A DNA stretch of 64,000 nt from Gemmatimonadota bacterium (GTDB taxonomy: Bacteria; JBHIER01; G020348925). The notes beneath the pieces were generated by a model. The model worked only from the letters and a program-made list of their open reading frames with translations, had not been told where the DNA came from and searched no databases. The stretch's first letter is position 1. Every line of letters starts with the position of its first letter. Positions 51,964-60,836 of this stretch are shown here, one piece after another. The stretch is from assembly GCA_020348925.1 (NCBI GenBank), contig CP070758.1:3363688-3427687 (forward strand), in the 5' to 3' direction. The position numbers were made by a program, and so were the translations under genes.

Positions 51964-54468
51964 ATGAGAACAGGAATGTTGCCAGCTCTCGTCGGAATAA
52001 TAATCCTCATATGCGGTGGTTTTCTGACAGGGATCTCGGCTGATGAGCTGATGAGCCAGGGGAGTCAGTTGACTGTTCCCTGGGATGAGTTTAAAAAATT
52101 GGTGAATCTCGATGAAGACGAGATCGTGCTTTCTTTGGAGACGTACCAAAAACTGGTGGCACAGACCGGCGTAAAAACAACACCACCTCACACAGTGAGG
52201 CAGGGGAATGTGGTTCTGACCCGCGCCGAATTCAAAAAGTTGATTGACGGGATGAGGCTTCCTGCCGATCCTCAGACGCAACCCCCCTTTGATTATCTCA
52301 TAACCAAGGCGATATACTCCGGAAAAATGGCGGAGGACAATACGGCCTTCGTCGGGATATTCACCGTCCACGTCCTGAAACAGGGCGCCTATTTAAGAAT
52401 ACCGCTTCTTCCGCAGAGTATCGCTCTGGAAGACATACGAATGGACGGCAAAGAGGCGCTGGTGATCAGCGAGAACGGATATCACCACGTGATCCTGTCG
52501 CGTGCCGGTGAATACGAAGTGACGGCTTCATTCTCCCTGAAAACCTCACTGGACAAAGGTCCCCACAAGATCGATCTGGCCATTCAGCAGACGCCCATTA
52601 CGCTTCTGAAACTGGAGCTGCCCTTGAAGGATATTGATGTGGAGATCCCTCAGGCTCAACAAGTCGCAAGCAGCACAAGGGGCAATACCACGACTGTTTC
52701 CGCAGTCATCACGCCGGGCCGGACTGTAAGTATCCGCTGGCGAAAGAAGGTGGCCATCACCGAGAAGATCCCGCCCAAACTCTACAGTGAGGTCTATCAT
52801 CTCATCTCCATCGATGACGATGCGCTCAAGATCAATTCGGATATCAATTACACCATCCTTCACAGCGAGGTCGACGCTGTCCAGCTGGCCATCCCGGACA
52901 ATACCAATGTGCTCACCGTAACGGGCGAAGGCGTGGGCGAGTGGCAGGAGACCGAACAGGAGGGGCAACGCCTGATCCTGATCCCGTTCACGTATGGGAA
53001 GAAGGGATCCGTGACGGTGCGAGTCACTTCTGAGATTCCACTGTCAGCGACCGGGTTGGCGAACGTCTTTTCCGGGATACGGGCGCTGGAAACGGTTCGT
53101 GAAACTGGATTCATCGGCATCGAGCTCAATACCAGCGCCGAGGTGCTCGTGACGGAGAGCGTGGGATTGGAGCCGATTGCGACGCCGAAACTTCCAGCCC
53201 AGCTGATCAATAAGTCCGCCAAACCCCTCATTATGGGATTCAAATATCTCAAGCATCCGTTCAGTCTGGTGCTTGATATCAAGAAGCACGAAAAAATCGC
53301 CGTACCGGTGGCCACCATCAACTCCGCCAACATTGTCACCCTCTTTACCGAGGACGGAAAGGTGGTCCATCGTTTGGTGTATCAGGTACGAAACAGCGCC
53401 AAGCAGTTTCTGGAGATCCAGGTTCCTGAAAAAGCGGACGTCTGGAGCGTCTTCGTCGGTAACGAGCCTGTCGAGTCGTCCCTCAATTCTCACGGGAAGC
53501 TGTTAGTGCCCCTTATCCGCTCCCGCTCGGTGAACAACCGTCTGGACACCTTCCCCGTCGAGGTCATCTACTGTCTGGTGGAGGACAGATTTACCTGGTC
53601 GGGCTCCCGGGCATCGGCGCTCCCGGCCGTAGATCTGTTGATCAGTCAGCTCATGTGGTCCGTGTATCTGCCCAACGACTATTCGTACATCTATTTCAGG
53701 AGTACCCTGGAGAAGGAGGAGATCATCCGCGGATTAAACGTTTTTAAAGGCGCACAGAGGCAGTACAACGAGAGAGCCATGAAGGAGCTTTCCGACTTGG
53801 ACGCTGTGGAATCAGACGAAATGTACTGGGACAAGCTCAGGGGAGCGTACAAGGGAAAGGAGTACAAGAGCCGGTTCAGAAATGTTCCGCTCCAGGAGGA
53901 GCAGCTCTCCAGCCAGGTTCAGACCGAGCTCGAATTCAGCGGACGCCTCGAGGGCCTCGCCCAGCAGGAGCCCCAGGCGGCCGTCTCCGGAGGTGTAGGC
54001 ATACTGCCCATACAGATACAGATCCCAACCGGTGGACAGGTCTACAGGTTTGCCAAAACCATCGTCAAGACCGAAGATCCCCTCACCATGAGTGTCGTCT
54101 ACGCACAAAACTGGATCTTAGGGACGATCAAGTGGGTCGTAATTGTGCTCATTGTCTTGATACTCATTATAATGAGAAAAACAGTCATCAGGATCTTTCG
54201 GTGGTTCAAAGACGGGTTCAGTAACGTGGAGAAATGGTATAAAAAGCATGACAGTACCTTTGAAAAAATATCCAAATCCAAAATGACGCCCTTCGTCCTG
54301 TTCGGACTCTTCATCGTATTCTGGTCCATTTCAAAGTTGCTCACACTCCTCGTCTTCTTCCTTTTCTGGATGAGTGTCGTGTATCACATCATTCTCTACA
54401 GGGAGAGAAGGGCTGAGAGGAGATCAAAGATTGAAGAGCAGGATCAAGATCAATCGACTACACTTTAG
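51964..54468 (+). CDS. large exported beta-rich hypothetical protein with C-terminal TM segments
   Basis: AGGAG RBS; signal peptide; 834-aa ORF; three hydrophobic helices near the C-terminus. Confidence 0.85.
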   Translation: MRTGMLPALVGIIILICGGFLTGISADELMSQGSQLTVPWDEFKKLVNLDEDEIVLSLETYQKLVAQTGVKTTPPHTVRQGNVVLTRAEFKKLIDGMRLPADPQTQPPFDYLITKAIYSGKMAEDNTAFVGIFTVHVLKQGAYLRIPLLPQSIALEDIRMDGKEALVISENGYHHVILSRAGEYEVTASFSLKTSLDKGPHKIDLAIQQTPITLLKLELPLKDIDVEIPQAQQVASSTRGNTTTVSAVITPGRTVSIRWRKKVAITEKIPPKLYSEVYHLISIDDDALKINSDINYTILHSEVDAVQLAIPDNTNVLTVTGEGVGEWQETEQEGQRLILIPFTYGKKGSVTVRVTSEIPLSATGLANVFSGIRALETVRETGFIGIELNTSAEVLVTESVGLEPIATPKLPAQLINKSAKPLIMGFKYLKHPFSLVLDIKKHEKIAVPVATINSANIVTLFTEDGKVVHRLVYQVRNSAKQFLEIQVPEKADVWSVFVGNEPVESSLNSHGKLLVPLIRSRSVNNRLDTFPVEVIYCLVEDRFTWSGSRASALPAVDLLISQLMWSVYLPNDYSYIYFRSTLEKEEIIRGLNVFKGAQRQYNERAMKELSDLDAVESDEMYWDKLRGAYKGKEYKSRFRNVPLQEEQLSSQVQTELEFSGRLEGLAQQEPQAAVSGGVGILPIQIQIPTGGQVYRFAKTIVKTEDPLTMSVVYAQNWILGTIKWVVIVLIVLILIIMRKTVIRIFRWFKDGFSNVEKWYKKHDSTFEKISKSKMTPFVLFGLFIVFWSISKLLTLLVFFLFWMSVVYHIILYRERRAERRSKIEEQDQDQSTTL

Positions 54469-55052
54469 TCCGCAAAGATGCTGGCTATTTTAGTGCATGG
54501 TTTTCAATTCCCTATCCTGAGGACATTAATAATACTTTTACCCATACTGGTTCCCCTCATTTTCCTGTACTCCCCTGCACTCTTGCACCCCTGCTCCTCT
54601 GAAATATTCAGTGTCAACCGATCAAAATTAGAGCTTCAGGGGCTCTTGCTGGCTTTGTTCGTATTAATGCGGGTCGTAGAACCAGTCCTCCTCAATGTCT
54701 TTGACCGGCTTTCCCCAGAGATCTGGCTCAATCGTCTCTTCAGGTTTTGGTATCGGCACTAAAAATATCTGGTCCTTCTTGTAGATATCTCCCCCGAGCT
54801 GTGGCATGACTTTCTTGGGCATAGAGAATCAGGGAGGATAATTGAGAAGGGATGTCTAAATGTTTAGCGTTTGTGGTGTGCTTTTCGTTCGGAAAAAAGA
54901 GTAGGGTATTACAAATTTAAATGTGTAAAAGAATAATAATCAATAGTAATGAATATCAAAGATAACCAACACTCTGGAATTTCAGCAAAAAGTAATGATT
55001 TCACCCAAGAATTACAGAAATCCATCACTCCCAGCATTGAACTTGGGAGCAT

Positions 55053-57566
55053 TTATTTTTTATAACTCAGACGATACGACTCGGGCTTGCCAAAACACTC
55101 CGGATGGAGATAGGTGCCTCTCTGCTCCGGGGACTTGTCCTCTTCAACCTGAATACGATTGGCCTCTGCATAAGCGTCCTGGCGAATACCTGTCACCTGC
55201 CATGACACCTCCAATCCAGAATGACCGCCTGCGATCTGAAACCGGTTGCTTTGGATTTTCTCGGCAACATACACAGGTGCATATCCGCCGATGCAGGTCA
55301 ACTGATAGCGGAAATCCTTGTTCAAGGCACCAAACCAATCGGGCAGCTCCACCCAGGCTTCACCGGACTCATCCAGAGCTACATTGCCGTTGTAAATATT
55401 CATCATGTCCGGGCTTTCCACAAAGGAGTGGTAAAGGAATTTATTCTCCGGGTCCAAAGGATGGTCGATTTTGAATGAACCGGCAGGCTTACTGAGAATA
55501 CCCTGAACTTGGAGAACGTCAGACACAAAACAGTTCTTGACAGTCAAAAATTCTTTGATTAAGGCATTCCCATCGGGATCGGCATGAAAGTAATAGTCCC
55601 CACCATTACGCTCACGAATAGCGATCCCAACTTCAGGATTGATGTCAATATATTTTCCCAATCCAATGGGAATTTCTATACCGGCTTCATAGGTTTCAAG
55701 CCCTTTGTGTTTTGAGGTGCCATCGGAATAAAAACTTGTAACAGTATCACCCTCGTCACTGACGACATGCAGATCGCCGTTCACTTCCACATCACCATCA
55801 AAAACTCCGGCGGCATCGTTCTCGGTTTCAGCTTTACCGTAGACTGCCAGTATTTTGTCAGTACCCAGATCTTTTCTGCCAAATCCGGCAATGGTTTCCT
55901 CGCTGTCGTTGACCAGTTTTATGCCCTTACCATCTTGCCCCCTTAATATGACATCCTCATAAAAGCTTTCGGGTTTGTAGTGAAAAGACGAATCCTGATT
56001 GAATATATGAGCAGGTCCACCTGCCGAATCAAAAACAGAAATACCTTCCTCGTTAATGATAGTACCTGTTTTTCCCGCCTCGTCTGTAATGAAGAGCCAA
56101 CCATCGATTTTCAAACGTTCTTTAATGAGATTGTATTCTTCAGGATGATTGAAATAAGCTAAGATTTCTCCCTGCGCATTTTCAATAACAACCAAGTGGT
56201 CTGTGGAAATAATACCACTTTCTTCATCATATTCCCAGCCGCACTCATGACCCTCTGCGGTATCGGAGGGCAAGGTTCTGCATTTTACAAATTTATCACC
56301 TGACCAGACGAGGAATTGTTCAGACTGCGGATCTTCCGGTACGTTATCTATTTTAAGTTTACCAGTTTCCTCTATGAGTACATCACCTTCAAACTCAGCC
56401 GCTACATCCAATCCATAAGCGTAAAGTCCTGTGCCAAAATCCGAAGATGCATACACGCCCACGCCATCTATTGATTCCCCCCTGACACCAACACCATTCT
56501 CTGAATCTGAAACGCCTAAAACGCCAACGTCATCGGTTGATTCCCCCTGTACACCAACACTTTTCGTTGACTTGCCAAGAACGCCAACGTCATCGGTTGA
56601 TAAACCATAAACAGCGGTACCATAGGGTGAAGAGCCAAAAACGGCTGTGGATTCGTCTGATTCTCCATAAACACCGGTACCAGTCTCTGATTTGCCATAA
56701 ACGCCTATGGATTCGCTTGAATGCCCCCATCCCATTACACCTACCCCTTCCCTTGAGTCACCAAAAACGCCCATGCCATCTTCCGATTCCCCCTGTACAC
56801 CATTATTAGTCCTTGATTTACCAAAAACGCCCCCGCCACTTATTGATTCCCCCCTAACACCTATATTTATCGATGAAACACCCCAAACGCCCGCGTCATC
56901 GCCTGAACTCCCAAATACACCGACATTAGTCGATGAAAAGCCAGCAACAGCTACTCCGACTGCGGAGTAACCGTAGATCGCCCTGTCTTCATTTGAAGTA
57001 AGCTCATGAAGTGCGTCAATACTATTACTTTTCATGGATTGTGTTCCACTCGTATCACCAAGAATGACTTCCAGGCCTCCTTCGAAGTATCCTTTGCCCT
57101 TATGAGTCACATCCCCATTCTGACTCAGAATGTGTGTCTGCTCGCCCAGGCTATCACGAATTGCAAAACTCTGGCCAGCCTCCGGCTCAACAATGGTCGA
57201 TAATGCATTTAAACTGTAAGGAGAAGAAGTCAGAGCGTAACGGGGTGTGAGTTCCTCTTCTCCTTCAACTTCTATGCCCAGCCAGTAGGGCTTGTCAAAG
57301 GGCAGGTTCAAGGGTTTTCCTCTGCCCAGAATCACATGAAACAGACCGTCCGTTATCTCGACCTCCCGGATTTCTTCCCAGAGTGCTGTGCCTTCCTCCT
57401 CCACATCGTACAGCCTGAAAGCTATGATGACTGTACCGTCGGCCACAGGATTGCCGGCATCATCTTTGAGCATCCCCTGATAACTCATGGTCTGAGGAAT
57501 CTGTGCCCAAGCGAATCCAGCCAGGAGAATACAAATTATACCGGTACATAGGATTCGACGTAACAT
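55053..57566 (-). CDS. secreted surface/fibre-like protein with GV(Y/F)G.S repeats and conserved C-terminal FKIDHPLDP domain
   Basis: QIPQTMSYQG N-domain; about 20 ~10-aa GVxGxS repeats; GSFKIDHPLDPENKFLYHSFVESPDMMNIYNG. Confidence 0.85.
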   Translation of the reverse strand: MLRRILCTGIICILLAGFAWAQIPQTMSYQGMLKDDAGNPVADGTVIIAFRLYDVEEEGTALWEEIREVEITDGLFHVILGRGKPLNLPFDKPYWLGIEVEGEEELTPRYALTSSPYSLNALSTIVEPEAGQSFAIRDSLGEQTHILSQNGDVTHKGKGYFEGGLEVILGDTSGTQSMKSNSIDALHELTSNEDRAIYGYSAVGVAVAGFSSTNVGVFGSSGDDAGVWGVSSINIGVRGESISGGGVFGKSRTNNGVQGESEDGMGVFGDSREGVGVMGWGHSSESIGVYGKSETGTGVYGESDESTAVFGSSPYGTAVYGLSTDDVGVLGKSTKSVGVQGESTDDVGVLGVSDSENGVGVRGESIDGVGVYASSDFGTGLYAYGLDVAAEFEGDVLIEETGKLKIDNVPEDPQSEQFLVWSGDKFVKCRTLPSDTAEGHECGWEYDEESGIISTDHLVVIENAQGEILAYFNHPEEYNLIKERLKIDGWLFITDEAGKTGTIINEEGISVFDSAGGPAHIFNQDSSFHYKPESFYEDVILRGQDGKGIKLVNDSEETIAGFGRKDLGTDKILAVYGKAETENDAAGVFDGDVEVNGDLHVVSDEGDTVTSFYSDGTSKHKGLETYEAGIEIPIGLGKYIDINPEVGIAIRERNGGDYYFHADPDGNALIKEFLTVKNCFVSDVLQVQGILSKPAGSFKIDHPLDPENKFLYHSFVESPDMMNIYNGNVALDESGEAWVELPDWFGALNKDFRYQLTCIGGYAPVYVAEKIQSNRFQIAGGHSGLEVSWQVTGIRQDAYAEANRIQVEEDKSPEQRGTYLHPECFGKPESYRLSYKK

Positions 57567-58123
57567 TTTATCCCTCCTTTCCTGCCCTGATGAAATCAGG
57601 GATAAAGGTGATTAGTCTGCTGCTTATGAAAGTCAACTAAGATTTTATGAACTAATCTTGGTTAAAACGGATATTGACAAAGTCGAGTAGCATCACCTCC
57701 TATTGAGATCCTAAACTCTCCACAAGGGCAATAATAGTGAACTCGGAACAGCAAATCAAGAGTTTTTCGCCCATTTCTGCAAGTAATAAAAATTGTACAA
57801 GAATTTAGACTTTTTGTTACCTGATCATTTCCGACATGTCGGAATATATCGGAAAATAAAAAAGCCAAACCACCTAAATTGGAGTAGTTCAGCGTACAAA
57901 TCAGACGTTTTTTAAGAAACCTACAAATGTTGAATATCAAAGATATTCTTCACTGTCCAATTTTTTAAAAAAGTCAATATTTCCCCCAACAATCACAGAA
58001 ATAGATTTTGGCTATAACCGGCTGCCATTAGGGTACTGATTTAATAACGTTCGTCGTTTGTCAGATGAACACGGGTTTGTGTTTTCATATTTACTGAGAT
58101 ACAATTTCATATAGTGAAATCCT

Positions 58124-58223
58124 NNNNNNNNNNNNNNNNNNNNNNNNNNNNNNNNNNNNNNNNNNNNNNNNNNNNNNNNNNNNNNNNNNNNNNNNNNNNN
58201 NNNNNNNNNNNNNNNNNNNNNNN
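58124..58223. other. assembly gap (100 N)
   Basis: Run of N. Confidence 1.
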
Positions 58224-58389
58224 CTGCTTCGGCCACTGGGTGGCCTTTGCGTTGGTGGCCATTTTCCGACCGAGGCTTTTTGAATCGTGGTGGTTACTGG
58301 ACTATTTTTTAACGGCCCTTGTCATTTCCTGGCTGGGTGCATTTCAGTGGGTTGTGATGTGCTGGCTGATGCAGAAGACGGAGAAGTGA
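58224..58389 (+). CDS. 3' fragment of a small membrane protein (5' end in the gap)
   Basis: C.GHWVAFALV…hydrophobic segments to a TGA stop. Confidence 0.5.
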
Positions 58390-58517
58390 AGAATTGTCAC
58401 GAGAAATCATCCTTCCGAACGGGGGGATAATTCGAAGTGAAAACCCATTGAACTTCCTCACTGGCCCGATCAACCAAATACCCTGAATTGAAAATTTTGG
58501 AATAGTACAATTTCCCC

Positions 58518-58546
58518 TTGACAGAGGGCCGGTGTTTTGTTATACT
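58518..58546 (+). promoter_or_regulatory. sigma70 promoter of the lpoB operon
   Basis: TTGACA-17 nt-TATACT with extended TG. Confidence 0.75.
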
Positions 58547-58635
58547 CAGTCTGAACGTGTCCAAGAATTCGGCTGGCGAGGAAATGAGAAAGGACACAGA
58601 GTGGTGCGTTTGACCATATTCAGAAAGGAGAGAAG

Positions 58636-59232
58636 ATGAAAAGGATAGCCTTGTTGGTTCTTGTTGTCGGATTGCTCTTCGCCTGCGGTTCGCAGAGGGT
58701 GGTGACGCGTCTCGACACCGATACCGTAACTGACCTGAGCGGCAACTGGAACGATACCGACGCCCGGTTGGTAGCCGAGGAGATGATTGCCGATTGCCTC
58801 TCCCGACCGTGGCTGATCGATTATGTCGAAGCGAAGGGGAAGAAACCTGTGGTGACGGTCGGCACGATCAGAAACAAGAGCTCCGAGCACATCGATACGG
58901 AGACTTTCACGACGGATTTTGAACGCGAACTCTTGAACTCGGGGAAGGTGAAATTCGTGGCCAGCAAAATTCAACGGGACGATGTCCGAGAAGAGCGCTA
59001 CGATCAACAGGAGTTCGCTTCTGATGAGACAGTCAAGCGCTTTCGCGAGGAGACGGGCGCGGATTTCCTGCTCCTGGGGGCCATTAAGTCGATTATCGAT
59101 CAAATTGAAGGGGAGAAGGTGAAATTCTATCAGACGGATCTCGAATTGATCGATATCGAGAACAACGAAAAAGCCTGGATCGGAACCAAGAAGATCAAGA
59201 AAGGGATTTCCCAGGGAGAATGGAAGCGGTAG
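58636..59232 (+). CDS. lpoB: penicillin-binding protein activator LpoB family lipoprotein
   Basis: Lipobox LFAC; DLSG.WNDTD; I.NKSSEHID; GADF.L.G.I; YQ.DLEL. Confidence 0.85.
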   Translation: MKRIALLVLVVGLLFACGSQRVVTRLDTDTVTDLSGNWNDTDARLVAEEMIADCLSRPWLIDYVEAKGKKPVVTVGTIRNKSSEHIDTETFTTDFERELLNSGKVKFVASKIQRDDVREERYDQQEFASDETVKRFREETGADFLLLGAIKSIIDQIEGEKVKFYQTDLELIDIENNEKAWIGTKKIKKGISQGEWKR

Positions 59233-59239
59233 GTCCAAC

Positions 59240-60649
59240 GTGCGACATCCATACAGGCAACGAACCCGTCTGTGGTGGTTTCTTGCTCTCCTCGTTTTCC
59301 TCGGATGCAGTTTCCTGGCCACCCGCAAAGGATTCTATGAACCCATAACCGCGGATCTCCAGTCCGGGAAATACGAGTCTGCGGTCCAAAAAATAGAAGC
59401 AGCCAAAGACTCGAAAAAATTTGCCGAGAAAGATCGGTTTCTCTATTTCATCGATTCCGGTCTGGCCCATTTCTACGCCTCCCAATACGACATCAGCAAC
59501 ACGAAGCTCACCCTGGCCGAGAATGCGGCAGAGGAACTCTTCACCAAGAGCGTCTCCCGCACGGCGGCCTCACTCCTTCTGAACGATAACGTTTTGGAAT
59601 ACCCCGGTGAGGACTACGAAGTGCTCTATACTAATCTCTTTAAAGCCCTCAACTATTTAGAGTTAAAAAAATTCGATGATGCTTTTGTTGAGATTCGACG
59701 GGCAAATTTGAAACTCGAGCTCCTCGAGCAGAAGTACGCCGTGGCCGCTGAAAAACTCCAGCGCTCTTCTCCTGACGATGCGGAGGAGGTACGTTTGAAG
59801 TACGATGTCAAGAAGGTCAGATTCCACAATGATGCCTTTGCCCGGTACATGAGCATGCACATGTATGCTGCCGACGGGATGTTGGACGATGCCCGGATCG
59901 ACTACGACTGGCTCCACGATGCTTTTGTCTCCCAGTCCCACGTGTACAGCTTTCCTGTGCCTGATGTGAAATACACCTCCACCGGGAAGGCCATCCTCAG
60001 CGTGGTTGCCATGGCCGGTTTGTCCCCTGTGAAAGAAGCTTTGAACCTCCGGATTCGGACGGACAAGGATCTCGATCTCGTCCAGGTGTTGTACGACGGA
60101 CCGGGAAGAGGGGATGAGGAATACGGTCACTTTCCGTTACAGGTTTCGGAGGATTACTATTTCAAGTTCGCCATTCCGGTTATTGCCTCGCGACCATCGT
60201 TCATCGATCGAATCCGAATTCTCGTTGACGGAGAGCCTGCGGGTGAACTGGGACTCCTGGAGGACGTGGGAAAGGTGGCCCAAGAGACCTTTGAGGCCAA
60301 GAAATCACTCATCTATGTTCGCTCCGTGGCAAGAGCCGTCGCAAAGGGACTGGCAGCCCACGAGCTGAAAGAGGAAGCGGATAAAAAGACGGAGAACAAA
60401 TTGGCCCGCTGGTTGAAAAAAGCCGCCATCGATGTCGGCACGGACATCATCGAGAACGCCGACCTGCGCTGTTCGCGCCTGCTGCCAGGTCGCATCCTCA
60501 TCGGCGATTTCGAGATCGAGCCGGGGACCTACACAATCTCTGTGGAGTTTCTTGACCAAACTGGGGCTCCGCTTCACCGTTCGGACTACCCTCACTTCCC
60601 CGTGAAAAGAGGGGCTTTCAACCTCATTAAGTCTTTCTCTTTGAATTAG
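59240..60649 (+). CDS. COG3014 family lipoprotein (TPR-like)
   Basis: Lipobox FLGC; LLNDN..EY.GEDYE; DDA.VEIRR; ADLRC.RLLP; follows lpoB. Confidence 0.8.
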   Translation: MRHPYRQRTRLWWFLALLVFLGCSFLATRKGFYEPITADLQSGKYESAVQKIEAAKDSKKFAEKDRFLYFIDSGLAHFYASQYDISNTKLTLAENAAEELFTKSVSRTAASLLLNDNVLEYPGEDYEVLYTNLFKALNYLELKKFDDAFVEIRRANLKLELLEQKYAVAAEKLQRSSPDDAEEVRLKYDVKKVRFHNDAFARYMSMHMYAADGMLDDARIDYDWLHDAFVSQSHVYSFPVPDVKYTSTGKAILSVVAMAGLSPVKEALNLRIRTDKDLDLVQVLYDGPGRGDEEYGHFPLQVSEDYYFKFAIPVIASRPSFIDRIRILVDGEPAGELGLLEDVGKVAQETFEAKKSLIYVRSVARAVAKGLAAHELKEEADKKTENKLARWLKKAAIDVGTDIIENADLRCSRLLPGRILIGDFEIEPGTYTISVEFLDQTGAPLHRSDYPHFPVKRGAFNLIKSFSLN

Positions 60650-60836
60650 CGAAGGAAGACGAGACGTTTCTAAGATAAGGGCGTACTTCTTTTCTCATAG
60701 AGATGAGGGTCGTATCGGAGAAGATACAAAGGTTTGCCTTACGACACCATGATCGTTGCGAGGGTCCAGGATTCCGTGAAAAAAAATGATTCCTCAGGAA
60801 AACTGTTTTGCATTACGGAAAAAAATAAAAAAGATT

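Noticed and set aside
54664-54822. 52-aa minus-strand ORF (MPKKVMPQLGG…WFYDPH)
   Set aside because: No RBS and no assignable homology; may be a remnant
56400-56980. CRISPR-like periodic repeats
   Set aside because: Degenerate in-frame coding repeats (GVxGxS); no unique spacers and no cas genes
57585-57602. Hammerhead ribozyme core (CTGATGA…)
   Set aside because: Simple CCCTGAT-GAA-ATCAGGG hairpin; no stem II between CUGAUGA and GAAA
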